From the NCBI GenBank assembly GCA_033345235.1, contig JAWPOC010000014.1, positions 73,085 through 137,084 on the forward strand: a stretch of DNA of 64,000 bases, in the 5' to 3' direction. A program made the translations under genes and the position numbers. Positions 28,356 to 42,132 of this stretch are shown here, one piece after another. Under the pieces are notes generated by a model that worked only from the letters and a program-made list of their open reading frames with translations, was not told the origin of the DNA and did not search any database. Position 1 is the first letter of the stretch. Every line of letters begins with the position of its first letter. The stretch comes from Alphaproteobacteria bacterium (GTDB lineage: Bacteria > Pseudomonadota > Alphaproteobacteria > Rs-D84).

Positions 28356-28458
28356 AGTTTTTTGTGGTTTTCTGAAAAAAATGCAGTAAAATCACAACAA
28401 ATCGTGGTAGATACGCCATATCGTACCACGGACACTAACAAAAAAATGGAGTGAAAAA

Positions 28459-28890
28459 ATGGCAAAAAAAGAAGTAAAGGGATTGGTTAAATTAGTCGTC
28501 CCTGCAAAACAAGCAAATCCTGCGCCACCAATTGGTCCAGCGTTGGGTGCTGCTGGTGTAAATATCGCAGAATTCTGCAAACAGTTTAATGACAAAACAG
28601 CAGATAAAGAACCAGGAATGCCAATTCCATGTATTATCACTGTTTATACAGACCGCAGTTTCGAATTTATTATGAAATTGCCACCTGTGTCATATTACAT
28701 TAAAAAAGCACTGAAATTGAAAATTGGTTCTCATAAACCAGGTCGTGATTTCGTTGGCACGTTGTCGAAAGCGCAAGTCAAAGAAATTGCCGAAGCAAAA
28801 ATGCCAGACTTGAATTGTTCTTCTGTTGAATCTGCAATGAATATCGTTGCGGGTCAATGCCGTTCAATGGGCGTAAAGGTAGAGGAGTAA
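28459..28890 (+). CDS. rplK: 50S ribosomal protein L11
   Basis: The [14 protein letters not shown] motif is present. Confidence 0.95.
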   Translation: MAKKEVKGLVKLVVPAKQANPAPPIGPALGAAGVNIAEFCKQFNDKTADKEPGMPIPCIITVYTDRSFEFIMKLPPVSYYIKKALKLKIGSHKPGRDFVGTLSKAQVKEIAEAKMPDLNCSSVESAMNIVAGQCRSMGVKVEE

Positions 28891-28894
28891 TATC

Positions 28895-29569
28895 ATGAAA
28901 CTGACAAAAAAACAGCAGACTTGGAAAAATTTGGACACAGATAAGGTTTATACTTTGTCTGATGCAATCGACGCATTGCGTGAATATGCATCCAAGAAAT
29001 TTGATGAAACATTGGAAATCGCTATCCGTTTGGGTATTGATGTAACCAAGGCTGATCAAAATATTCGTGGTATGTTGTCTTTGCCAAACGGCACAGGTAA
29101 AACAGTTCGTGTTGCGGTCTTTACAGCAAATGCACAAGACGAAGCCAAAAAAGCAGGTGCAGATGTTGTTGGTGGCGAAGAATTGATTGACGCAGTTGCT
29201 GCGGGTAATATCAATTTTGATCGCGTTATTGCGACACCTGATATGATGCCAAAAATGTCAAAGATTGCACGTGTTTTGGGGCCAAAAGGTTTGATGCCAA
29301 ATCCAAAATTGGGTACGGTTACAAACAATGTTGCCGAAGCGGTTGCAACAGCCAAGGCAGGCCAGATTGAATATCGCGCGGAAAAGAAAGGTATCATTCA
29401 CGCGGGTATTGGTAAAATGTCATTTGAAACTGCAAAGTTGGTTGAAAATGCAAATGCCTTGATTGAACAATTGAAAAAGGTAAAACCTGCATCCGCCAAG
29501 GGTCAATATATCTTGGGTATATCCGTTGCGACAACCCAAGGCCCAGGTCTGAAAGTAGATGCAAAATAA
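28895..29569 (+). CDS. rplA: 50S ribosomal protein L1
   Basis: The L1 fold is present with NGTGKTVRVAVF. Confidence 0.95.
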   Translation: MKLTKKQQTWKNLDTDKVYTLSDAIDALREYASKKFDETLEIAIRLGIDVTKADQNIRGMLSLPNGTGKTVRVAVFTANAQDEAKKAGADVVGGEELIDAVAAGNINFDRVIATPDMMPKMSKIARVLGPKGLMPNPKLGTVTNNVAEAVATAKAGQIEYRAEKKGIIHAGIGKMSFETAKLVENANALIEQLKKVKPASAKGQYILGISVATTQGPGLKVDAK

Positions 29570-29755
29570 TTAAATGCGATTGGTGGTATAAACCGCCAGT
29601 CGCATAACAAGATTTCTGTCCAAGACTGATGGTGCGGCGACGCTTAATTTCCATCATAGACAAAGAAAAATTCTTTGGGGCAGGAACCAAAGCCCCACCC
29701 AAGGGCAACCTTGGATGGAAAGTTAAACAAAACAGAAGCTTGAAGGAAAAAACAG
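29570..29755 (+). promoter_or_regulatory. probable L10(L12)4 autoregulatory leader upstream of rplJ
   Basis: This 186-nt untranslated region contains several hairpins, for example GGGGCAGGAACCAAAGCCCC. The position matches the conserved rplJ leader. Confidence 0.35.
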
Positions 29756-30235
29756 ATGAAACGCGAAGAAAAATCAGATCTGATTTCAGCGTTGCAGTCG
29801 TCCCTGAAAGAAGCGAACGGTGTTTTCGTTATTGAAAACCATGGCTTGACTGTAAAAGAATTTGAAACATTGCGCAATGAATTGCGTCCATTGGTTTCTT
29901 TATTCAAGGTCGTCAAAAACCGTTTGATGAAGTTGGCGTTAAAAGACACTGACTTTGAACCTGTATCTGAAATGATGAAACGTCCAACCGCAGTTGCAAT
30001 TGCAACAGATGGTTTGGCAGTTACCAAAGTTTTGGCCAAATTTGCAGAAGAACATCCAAATTTGACAATCTTGGGCGGTAAAATGGATGCAGACGTTCTG
30101 GATACGGACGGCGTATTGCAATTATCCAAGCTTCCTTCGCTGTTGGAAATCCGCGGCACAATCGCACGCATTTTGGTCGAACCGGCGTCACGTTTGGCAC
30201 GTGTTTCAGCAGAGTATGGAAAAAAAGAACAATAA
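29756..30235 (+). CDS. rplJ: 50S ribosomal protein L10
   Basis: 159 aa with the L10 fold. Confidence 0.93.
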   Translation: MKREEKSDLISALQSSLKEANGVFVIENHGLTVKEFETLRNELRPLVSLFKVVKNRLMKLALKDTDFEPVSEMMKRPTAVAIATDGLAVTKVLAKFAEEHPNLTILGGKMDADVLDTDGVLQLSKLPSLLEIRGTIARILVEPASRLARVSAEYGKKEQ

Positions 30236-30283
30236 AATCAGAATAGCAATATTCTGACCTACCTAACAAATAGGAGTAAAAAA

Positions 30284-30649
30284 ATGGCAGACATTCAAAA
30301 ATTAGTTGAAGAATTGTCAAAATTGAGCGTTTTGGAAGCAGTTGAACTGTCCAAAGCATTGGAAGAAACATGGGGCGTTAGCGCTGCTGCTGCTGTTGCA
30401 GTTGCTGCTGGTCCTGTTGCTGCTGCTGCAGAAGAAAAAACAGAATTTGACGTTGTATTGGCCGAAGCTGGTGCAAACAAATTGGCTGTTATCAAAGCAG
30501 TTAAAGATATCACAGGTTTAGGTTTGGGCGAAGCGAAAGCTTTGGTTGAATCTGCACCAAAGGCAGTAAAAGAAGCTGTATCCAAAGATGATGCTGAAAA
30601 AATGAAAGCAACATTAGAAGCAGCTGGTGCCAAAGTTGAATTGAAATAA
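30284..30649 (+). CDS. rplL: 50S ribosomal protein L7/L12
   Basis: It has an Ala-rich hinge and a conserved C-terminal domain ([19 protein letters not shown]). Confidence 0.95.
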   Translation: MADIQKLVEELSKLSVLEAVELSKALEETWGVSAAAAVAVAAGPVAAAAEEKTEFDVVLAEAGANKLAVIKAVKDITGLGLGEAKALVESAPKAVKEAVSKDDAEKMKATLEAAGAKVELK

Positions 30650-30832
30650 TTCAATATTGGAACCGTATGGTTCTGTAAAAAATCGTCATATACAAATATG
30701 ACAAATACGCCGCCCGTGTGAGATAAAAATCTCATACGGGCACAAAGGCGTAAAAGAAAGAACAAGAGAAAGTCGTGGCGTCTGGCGTCACAACCGTTTG
30801 CACGAAACGCATAAAAAAAAGGATTAAAACCG

Positions 30833-34969
<4,137 letters not shown>

Positions 34970-35040
34970 TGGTTAGTGACCTGTCCCCTGTTCACAGTGG
35001 GACAGGTGCTAGCAACTAATACTAACCACTAACAACTCTT
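34970..35040 (+). promoter_or_regulatory. structured rpoB-rpoC intercistronic element (nested hairpins; probable processing or attenuation site)
   Basis: An outer stem TAGTGGTTAGTG...ACTAACCACTA encloses an inner 9-bp stem ACCTGTCCC/GGGACAGGT. Confidence 0.5.
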
Positions 35041-35065
35041 AAGCGACTGAAAGGAGCGAAATATA

Positions 35066-38000
35066 ATGAGCAATATGTTGCAAAAGATATTTGGACAAAT
35101 TGAAACCAAGGAACAATTTGATGCCTTGCGCATTACAATTGCATCCCCCGAAGAAATTTTGTCCTGGTCTCATGGCGAGGTTAAAAAACCAGAAACCATA
35201 AACTATCATTCTATGAAACCAGAATCCGAAGGTTTGTTCTGCCAACAAATTTTTGGGCCGGTCAAGGATTATGAATGTGCGTGTGGTAAATATAAAAGAA
35301 TAAAATTCCGCGGCGTTGTTTGTGAACGCTGTGGGGTCGAAGTTGGTTCTTCGGCTGTTCGTCGTGAACGTATGGGGCATATCAAGTTGGCAATGCCTGT
35401 TGCGCATACTTGGTTCTTACGCGAAGGTAAAATTGCGACATTGTTGAATAATCTGCCACAAAAGAAATTGGAACAGGTTATTTCATACGATGCGTATATC
35501 GTTATTGAACCAGGGCTGACAAATTTGAAACAATATGATGTTATCAGCGAAGATGAATATCAAGCTGCGGTCGAAGAATTTGGTGCAGATGCATTCCATG
35601 TTGGTATCGGTGCCGAAGGTATACGTTCGATTATCTCTAATTTGGATATGGGCGATGAACGTACACGTCTGCGTGCGGAATTAAGCGAAACGAAATCCGA
35701 AGCAAAACGCAAAGGTATCATCAAACAATTAAAATTGGTCGAAGCTTTCTTGGAATCCAAGACAGAACCTGCGTGGATGTTACCGGATATTATCCCAGTC
35801 ATTCCACCAGATATGCGCCCATTGGTAACATTGGATGCGGGTCACGTTGCGGCGTCTGACTTGAATGATTTGTATCGTCGTGTAATTATCCGTAACAATC
35901 GTTTAAAACGTTTTATGGAAATGCATGCACCTGATATTATTATCCGTAATGAAAAGCGTATGTTGCAAGAAGCAGTTGATTCTTTGTTCGATAATGGACA
36001 TAAAGCACGTCCAATGGTTTCACAAAATCGTCGTCCATTGAAATCATTATCTGATTCTTTGCGTGGTAAGTCTGGCCGTTTCCGTATGAATATGTTGGGT
36101 AAACGTGTTGACTATTCTGGTCGTTCAGTTATCGTATCTGGGCCAACATTAAAATTACATCAGGTTGGTTTGCCAAAAACAATGGCATTGGAATTGTTCC
36201 GTCCATTTGTTTATGCGCGTTTGATGGCCGGTGATCATGCAAATACGTTAAAGACAGCACGTAAAATGGTTGAAAATGGCGAAGATATTGTATGGGAAAT
36301 CTTGGAAAAAGTTATCCACGAACATCCAGTATTGTTAAATCGTGCGCCATCTTTGCACAGATTGTCATTGTTGGCCTTTGAACCTGTATTGATTGAAGGT
36401 AAGGCAATCCGTTTGCATCCATTGGTATGTAAGGGCTTTAATGCTGACTTTGACGGTGACCAGATGGCTGTTCACGTTCCAATTTCATTAGAAGCACAAT
36501 TGGAAGCACGCACATTAATGTTATCATCAAATAACGTGTTGTCGCCTGCGAATGGTGAACCTATGATTGTGCCTTCTCAAGACATGGTATTGGGTGTTTA
36601 CTATATATCATTGATAAATGGTGAACATACAGACAAATCACCACGTTTTGCGAACATGGACGAAGTTAAATTGGCGCTGGAAAACAAGACAATTACATTA
36701 CATACACCGATTGTTGCACGTATCAAGGGAAAAACATACAAAACAACAGCTGGCCGTATGATTTTGGGTGAATTGTTACCAGATTGTGACAATATGCCAT
36801 TTGATTTGGTAAACAAAGTTATGCCAGTAAAAGAAATCAAAGCATTGTTGGCAACAACATATGAACGTTGTGGCGACAAAGAAATGATTTTGTTGGCAGA
36901 CGCATTGAAAAATACAGGCTTTGAACAGGCTGCACACAGTGGTATTTCAATTGGTTATGACGACATCGTTATTCCAGAAGAAAAGAAAACATTGATTGCA
37001 GAATCTGAAGAAGCTGCAAAAGAAATCGAAGAACAGTATCAAAACGGTTTGTTATCTGGTGGTGAACGTCACAATAAATTGATTGACTTGTGGCAGAAAA
37101 CAACAGATAAACTGGGTGATATGGCGTATGCTGCGCTGGGTAAATCCGAAGGCGACAATTGGAATTCTGTATACATGATGGCATTATCTGGTGCACGTGG
37201 TTCCAAACGTCAGGTTCAACAGTTGGCCGGTATGCGTGGTATGATGCAGAAACCAGACGGTTCTATTATCGAAGTTCCAATTATTTCGAACTTTAAAGAA
37301 GGTCTGACTATGTCTGAATACTTTACATCTACCCACGGTGCACGTAAAGGTATGTCGGACACTGCGTTGAAGACTGCTGACGCTGGTTACTTGACACGTC
37401 GTTTGGTTGAATTATCACAAAATACAGTTATTACAGAACATGACTGTGGAACAACTGAATTCATTACTGCAAAACCAGTATATCAGGGTTCAACATTGGC
37501 TGTTCCATTGGGTGACGTTGTTTTGGGACGTACTGCGGCACAGGATGTTGTACATCCTTTGACCAAGGAATTGATTGTACCTGCGGGCGAATTGATTACC
37601 AAGGCGATTTCCAAGAAAATTAATGAATCAGGCTTGCCATCTGTTGACGTTCGCAGCGTTTTGACATGTTGCAGTGACGGTCTGTGTGCAAAATGTTATG
37701 GTATGGATTTGTCCAGAAATGCATTAGTACACGTTGGCGAAGCGGTTGGTGTTGTCGCAGGTCAGTCTATTGGTGAACCTGGTACCCAGTTGACATTGCG
37801 TACTTTCCATATTGGTGGTGTTGCATCTGGTGGTGCAGAAAACCACTTTATCGAAGTACCTGTTGCAGGTAAGGTTAAATTGTCTGGCGTAAATACAATC
37901 AAAAACAGTGCGGGTCGTGTTGTTGTTCTGTCACGTAACGGTAAAATCAACATCGTTGATGACGAAGACAAAGAACTGTTCAGTCGTCCATTGCCATATG

Positions 38001-39175
38001 CGTCTATGTTGATTGTAAACGATGGTGACACTGTGGAAAAAGGTGCCAAGGTTGCAGAATGGGATCCTTATTCCAATACAATTATCGCCGAAGCCGATGG
38101 TATTGTGAACTTTAATGACTTGGTTGAAAACGTTTCTTATCAAGAAGAAGTGGATTCAATGACAGGTATTGTTTCACGTAAAGTTATTAACTGGAAAACA
38201 AATACTAAAAAGGCTTTGAAACCTGCTGTTACATTGGTCGATGCTAAGGGTAATGTAATATCATTGGGTGGCAAAAAGATTGCAGAATATCTGTTGCCAA
38301 TCTATTCAGTATTGAATGTTGCGAATGGTGACAAGGTTGTTGCGGGTGACGTTTTGGCACGTATCCCTGTTCAAGCGAAACGTACAGGCGACATTACAGG
38401 TGGTTTGCCACGTGTTAATGAATTGCTGGAAGTACGTCGTCCAACAAATCCTGCGCTGTTGGCAGAAATTGATGGTACTGTTGAACTGGAAGATGCGAAA
38501 TCCAAGATTATCGTTCGTATCGAACCAACAGATGGTACTGCGCCTGTTGAATATGCTGTGCCAAAGGGTACAAACTTGTTGGTACGCAGTGGTGATATCG
38601 TACGCAAGGCAGATAAACTGGTTGATGGCGATCCTGTTCCACAAGATATTTTACGCATCTTGGGTCAAAAGGCCTTGGCAACCTTTATGGTTGAACAGAT
38701 TCAGCAAGTTTATCGTTTGCAAGGTGTGACTATCAATGACAAGCATATCGAAATTTTGATACGTGAAATGACACGTCGCGTTGAAATCACAAACCCAGGT
38801 GACACAGGATTCTTGATGGGTGCTGTTGTTGACCGCGTTGATTTCGAAGAAGAAAATGCACGTGTTGCGCGTGACGGTGGTAAATTGGCCGAAGCATCTC
38901 AGGTTTTGGTCGGTCTGACCCGCGCGTCTTTGACATCACGTTCATTTATATCGAACGCATCGTTCCAACAGACAACTAAAGTATTGGTTGATGCCGCAAT
39001 CAGTGGTGCAACTGACAAATTGGTTGGTATAAACGAAAACTTAATCGTTGGTCGTTTGATTCCATTGGGAACAGGTGCATATGTTCGTCGCGTACGTGAA
39101 ATCGCACGTGAAGAAGAAAAAGCAGAAAAGTTGGCTCGCGAAGGCAACGGTCAACAGCAACTGTTGGATATCTAA
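35066..39175 (+). CDS. rpoC: DNA-directed RNA polymerase subunit beta'
   Basis: 1369 aa. It has the Zn-binding Cys cluster, the NADFDGD catalytic motif and the trigger loop. Confidence 0.97.
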   Translation: MSNMLQKIFGQIETKEQFDALRITIASPEEILSWSHGEVKKPETINYHSMKPESEGLFCQQIFGPVKDYECACGKYKRIKFRGVVCERCGVEVGSSAVRRERMGHIKLAMPVAHTWFLREGKIATLLNNLPQKKLEQVISYDAYIVIEPGLTNLKQYDVISEDEYQAAVEEFGADAFHVGIGAEGIRSIISNLDMGDERTRLRAELSETKSEAKRKGIIKQLKLVEAFLESKTEPAWMLPDIIPVIPPDMRPLVTLDAGHVAASDLNDLYRRVIIRNNRLKRFMEMHAPDIIIRNEKRMLQEAVDSLFDNGHKARPMVSQNRRPLKSLSDSLRGKSGRFRMNMLGKRVDYSGRSVIVSGPTLKLHQVGLPKTMALELFRPFVYARLMAGDHANTLKTARKMVENGEDIVWEILEKVIHEHPVLLNRAPSLHRLSLLAFEPVLIEGKAIRLHPLVCKGFNADFDGDQMAVHVPISLEAQLEARTLMLSSNNVLSPANGEPMIVPSQDMVLGVYYISLINGEHTDKSPRFANMDEVKLALENKTITLHTPIVARIKGKTYKTTAGRMILGELLPDCDNMPFDLVNKVMPVKEIKALLATTYERCGDKEMILLADALKNTGFEQAAHSGISIGYDDIVIPEEKKTLIAESEEAAKEIEEQYQNGLLSGGERHNKLIDLWQKTTDKLGDMAYAALGKSEGDNWNSVYMMALSGARGSKRQVQQLAGMRGMMQKPDGSIIEVPIISNFKEGLTMSEYFTSTHGARKGMSDTALKTADAGYLTRRLVELSQNTVITEHDCGTTEFITAKPVYQGSTLAVPLGDVVLGRTAAQDVVHPLTKELIVPAGELITKAISKKINESGLPSVDVRSVLTCCSDGLCAKCYGMDLSRNALVHVGEAVGVVAGQSIGEPGTQLTLRTFHIGGVASGGAENHFIEVPVAGKVKLSGVNTIKNSAGRVVVLSRNGKINIVDDEDKELFSRPLPYASMLIVNDGDTVEKGAKVAEWDPYSNTIIAEADGIVNFNDLVENVSYQEEVDSMTGIVSRKVINWKTNTKKALKPAVTLVDAKGNVISLGGKKIAEYLLPIYSVLNVANGDKVVAGDVLARIPVQAKRTGDITGGLPRVNELLEVRRPTNPALLAEIDGTVELEDAKSKIIVRIEPTDGTAPVEYAVPKGTNLLVRSGDIVRKADKLVDGDPVPQDILRILGQKALATFMVEQIQQVYRLQGVTINDKHIEILIREMTRRVEITNPGDTGFLMGAVVDRVDFEEENARVARDGGKLAEASQVLVGLTRASLTSRSFISNASFQQTTKVLVDAAISGATDKLVGINENLIVGRLIPLGTGAYVRRVREIAREEEKAEKLAREGNGQQQLLDI

Positions 39176-39240
39176 GTGGCAAGGTGCACAGTGGTTAGTG
39201 ATATAGACATTTATTCACTAGCCACATGCCACTGATAAAA
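39176..39240 (+). terminator. nested stem-loop terminator after rpoC
   Basis: The structure is GTGGCA-[CAGTGGTTAGTGA...TCACTAGCCACA]-TGCCAC followed by an A/T-rich stretch. It reuses the AGTGGTTAGTGA motif seen at 34971. Confidence 0.5.
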
Positions 39241-39308
39241 AACTTTTGCTTGCAAATCTGGAATATTTGAATAAAATAGTCATTCAGAAAATATAAAAAG
39301 GATTAAAA

Positions 39309-39458
39309 ATGGCAACGCCAAAAAGTAAAACAAGTAAAGCACGCAGCGCACAACGTCGTTCACATGATGCATTGTCTGTTATGCCATGTGGTGTATGCAA
39401 AACATGCGGCGAAAAGAAACGTCCACATCATGTATGTCCTGCATGTGGTGCGAAATAA
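39309..39458 (+). CDS. rpmF: 50S ribosomal protein L32 (zinc-ribbon form)
   Basis: 49 aa. The sequence is MATPKSKTSKARSAQRRSHDAL followed by CxxC...CxxC. Confidence 0.85.
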   Translation: MATPKSKTSKARSAQRRSHDALSVMPCGVCKTCGEKKRPHHVCPACGAK

Positions 39459-39535
39459 GATAACAAAACAAAATGGATATATAGCAGGAAAGGCATCACG
39501 TCACGTTGTGGGCTTTTTCTGCTTTTTTTTATAAA

Positions 39536-40600
39536 ATGTCAGAAGATAAGAAAATAATAGCAATTGATACCATGGGCGGGGACAAAGGGCCGAACGCTGT
39601 ACTGGGTGGTATGAATCAGTTTTTATATCAAAATGGCGAAGATAATATATTCTTTCGCATTTTTGGTGATGAAAAATTATTGCGCAGACTGTTGGCGAAA
39701 TATCCACGTGTCGCACGTAATTGCGAAGTAATTCATTCTCCAAATGTCATCAAAGGTACTGACAAAGTTATGGATGTGTTGCGACACTCTCAAGACACGT
39801 CAATGTATATGGCAATCAAAGATGTTCGCGAAGGTAATTCTGCGGCGGTTATCAGTGCTGGTAATACAGGAATGTTGATGTCTTTGTCTAAATTAGCGCT
39901 AAAGACAATTGATGGTATATCGCGTCCTGCGATTACAACTATGTTGCCGTCTGGTGCAGGGGACAGTCGTGTTGTTGTGCTGGATTTGGGTGCAAATGTT
40001 CATTGCGATGAAACGATATTATTTGATTTTGCAGTATTGGGCAGTGTTTATGCCGAAGTAGTCGGAAAAATGCCAAAGCCAAAACTGGGGGTATTAAATA
40101 TCGGTTCCGAAGAAACCAAAGGTAATGAAACACTGGTTCACTTGAACAAAGTTCTGACAGAAAACAAAGATAAATTGCCGTACGATTATATCGGTTTTGT
40201 AGAGGCAAACGATATCAGTGCCGGTAAAGTTCAAGTTGTTGTGACTGATGGTTTTACAGGCAATATTGTGTTAAAAACAGTCGAAGGAACGGCAAAGTTA
40301 ATTAAACGTGTAATTGTTGAAAATTTCAAGAAGTCTATCTTGGCGATAATTGGTGCGTTTTTCTTGGTTCATGTTTTCAAGCGTCTAAAGAACAAGATTG
40401 ATCCTCGGTCGTATGCGGGTGCAACATTCTTAGGTTTGCGTGGGTTCGCATTTAAAACACATGGTAACAGTGATGCATTGGCATTTGCGAATTCTATTAA
40501 GTATGCGGCTGATTTAACCAAGGCTAATTTAAATGGGTTAATTGAAGAGCGGGCACGTTCGTTGGCGCCTGTTCGTGCAAAATTACAAGAAAGTGAATAA
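39536..40600 (+). CDS. plsX: phosphate acyltransferase PlsX
   Basis: It starts MSEDKKIIAIDTMGGDKGP. The rpmF-plsX arrangement is canonical. A terminator follows at 40601-40626. Confidence 0.9.
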   Translation: MSEDKKIIAIDTMGGDKGPNAVLGGMNQFLYQNGEDNIFFRIFGDEKLLRRLLAKYPRVARNCEVIHSPNVIKGTDKVMDVLRHSQDTSMYMAIKDVREGNSAAVISAGNTGMLMSLSKLALKTIDGISRPAITTMLPSGAGDSRVVVLDLGANVHCDETILFDFAVLGSVYAEVVGKMPKPKLGVLNIGSEETKGNETLVHLNKVLTENKDKLPYDYIGFVEANDISAGKVQVVVTDGFTGNIVLKTVEGTAKLIKRVIVENFKKSILAIIGAFFLVHVFKRLKNKIDPRSYAGATFLGLRGFAFKTHGNSDALAFANSIKYAADLTKANLNGLIEERARSLAPVRAKLQESE

Positions 40601-40667
40601 CAATCGCCCAATGGGCGATTTTTTTATGCTTGTGTACAGCGGGTAAATATTTGTATCAAAAAACGTC

Positions 40668-40951
40668 TTGCCAGTTTTATGGATATCAGTTATAATTTGA
40701 GTGTCACTGGGGTCATCCAGTGATGGGGTGTAACGACCCGTACACTAAGCGTCTGATGCGTAATCAGTGCGCCACTGGCGTATTTTTTATACTCAGATGA
40801 AAAAAACCTCCTGACAATGTAAAGGGTCAGGAGGGCTGCGAATATATTGAATAAGCACACAGTTCTTAGTGATTGTCGTTAACCTCCTGACCACATTGAA
40901 TAATTAATGCGTGTGGTTTCTTTTTTTAAGATAAAAGAAAGGAATCAGGGG
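40668..40951 (+). promoter_or_regulatory. sigma70-type promoter plus conserved structured 5' leader (copy B)
   Basis: The -35 TTGCCA (40668-40673), a 17-nt spacer and the -10 TATAAT (40691-40696) are present. It has the same hairpin set as copy A. Its loop sequences differ but the stems are kept. Confidence 0.5.
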
Positions 40952-41155
40952 ATGAGACTGTTTATATTTTTAATTCTAATTTTCACATCATCGGCATCGG
41001 CCGCCAGTGTGGCATCTGTGCGTTATGTTGACGAATGCGTCGCAACCAAGGTCAGTAAACTGGAGGGTACAGAAAACGAAATGGCCGGCACATATAATGT
41101 TGGTGGTAAAATAACTGTCAACAGCCCCAAAACGCCATCGTTAGAATCTTTATAG
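40952..41155 (+). CDS. small secreted protein, paralog B
   Basis: It begins MRLFIFLILIFTSSASAASVASVRYVDECVATKVS, near-identical to the N-terminus of paralog A. The C-terminus has diverged. Confidence 0.6.
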   Translation: MRLFIFLILIFTSSASAASVASVRYVDECVATKVSKLEGTENEMAGTYNVGGKITVNSPKTPSLESL

Positions 41156-41168
41156 TATGGGGGGTGTA

Positions 41169-41270
41169 ATGTTACGAAAAATATTATTTGCGTTTTTTGG
41201 TTTGTTTATATCATTATATAAATCAAACAACCCAAGGAAATGTATATCGTGGGGCAACCGGCCTTTCTGA
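41169..41270 (+). pseudogene. 33-codon remnant of a repeat-protein paralog (signal-peptide stub only)
   Basis: MLRKILFAFFGLFISLYKS... matches the first ~17 residues of the 834-aa protein at 18669, then diverges and stops. It sits 13 nt after paralog B behind the same GGGGGGTG RBS. Confidence 0.45.
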
Positions 41271-41307
41271 CTATGCGGAAATTCCGGTCGCGTGGATATA
41301 GGGTAAA

Positions 41308-41410
41308 AAAAGTAACCGCCGGCAATTGCTTGACGGCGGGTGCTCCCTTCCTTCCGGATAGCCGGAAACTGTTTGTCCTGATACGCGCTGTGCCTTGGGC
41401 CTTAGGCGGC
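41308..41410 (-). ncRNA. ffs: putative signal recognition particle RNA (4.5S / ffs)
   Basis: The minus-strand RNA contains AUCCGGAAGGAAGGGAGC, matching the conserved SRP domain IV sequence UCCGGAAGGAAGCAGC with its GGAA tetraloop. A 5' GCCGCC can pair with a 3' GGCGG(U). A U7 run follows. The region is an unusually GC-rich ~100-nt island in an AT-rich intergenic stretch. Confidence 0.5.
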
Positions 41411-41743
41411 TTTGGCAACGCTGTCTGCGGACTGAATTGTTGTGTCTGCTGCGTCCAGTGCTTTTTTGGCTTCGGTAAATACCATTTCTTTTACGCGCAT
41501 TGCCAATGTTTTTGTGTCCAAGCTTTCAGCAGCTGTTTCAAAATTATCTGTACGAATTTGCAGTGATACATATGCGCCAATCAATGATGCGCGTGACAAA
41601 TCTTCGATAGAGCGTGGTGTGTTGTTGTGGCCGATTTTCAATTCGTCAGCCAAAGATACGATTTGACGATCTGCATTAACCCAAACTGTGGTTGTCAGGA
41701 CTTGATTCAAAGCAATCATAATTTCTTTAATGTTTTTTTGCAT
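41402..41743 (-). CDS. hypothetical protein (113 aa, helical)
   Basis: I recognise no motif. Its stop overlaps the predicted 5' end of the SRP RNA by a few nt, so one of the two boundaries is imprecise. Confidence 0.3.
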   Translation of the reverse strand: MQKNIKEIMIALNQVLTTTVWVNADRQIVSLADELKIGHNNTPRSIEDLSRASLIGAYVSLQIRTDNFETAAESLDTKTLAMRVKEMVFTEAKKALDAADTTIQSADSVAKAA

Positions 41744-42132
41744 GCGCGTTTCCCCTCCTTTCGGGTGTGTTGTAAAATTCTTCCGTTTTTTTGTAAATAC
41801 CGACGTATTTACAAAATTAACAAGAAAAATTTTGTTATCTTTTTTATTTTCCCAAAAAACCGGTGTTCTGCGGAAATCTGGGTTTTTTATTTCTTTTTCC
41901 CTTGTCTATACAAACATCTTAGAACAAAAACGAATCGCAGGTCAAGCATAAAATGTAAATATTTTAATTTTATTTTCATTTTTATTAATTTTACTTGGAA
42001 ATCTGCCAAAAACCATAAAATCCCATAAAATAATTATAGTTTGTCATTGACAACCATAAAATCCCGTGCTACGTTTTGTGTGAAGCAGGAAAACACAAAG
42101 GTACGTTCTGAACAAAAAAGAAAAATCATAAA

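Noticed and set aside
30021-30765. Minus-strand ORFs of 116 and 156 aa inside rplJ/rplL
   Set aside because: They are antisense to highly conserved ribosomal protein genes. The Ala-rich one mirrors the L7/L12 hinge.
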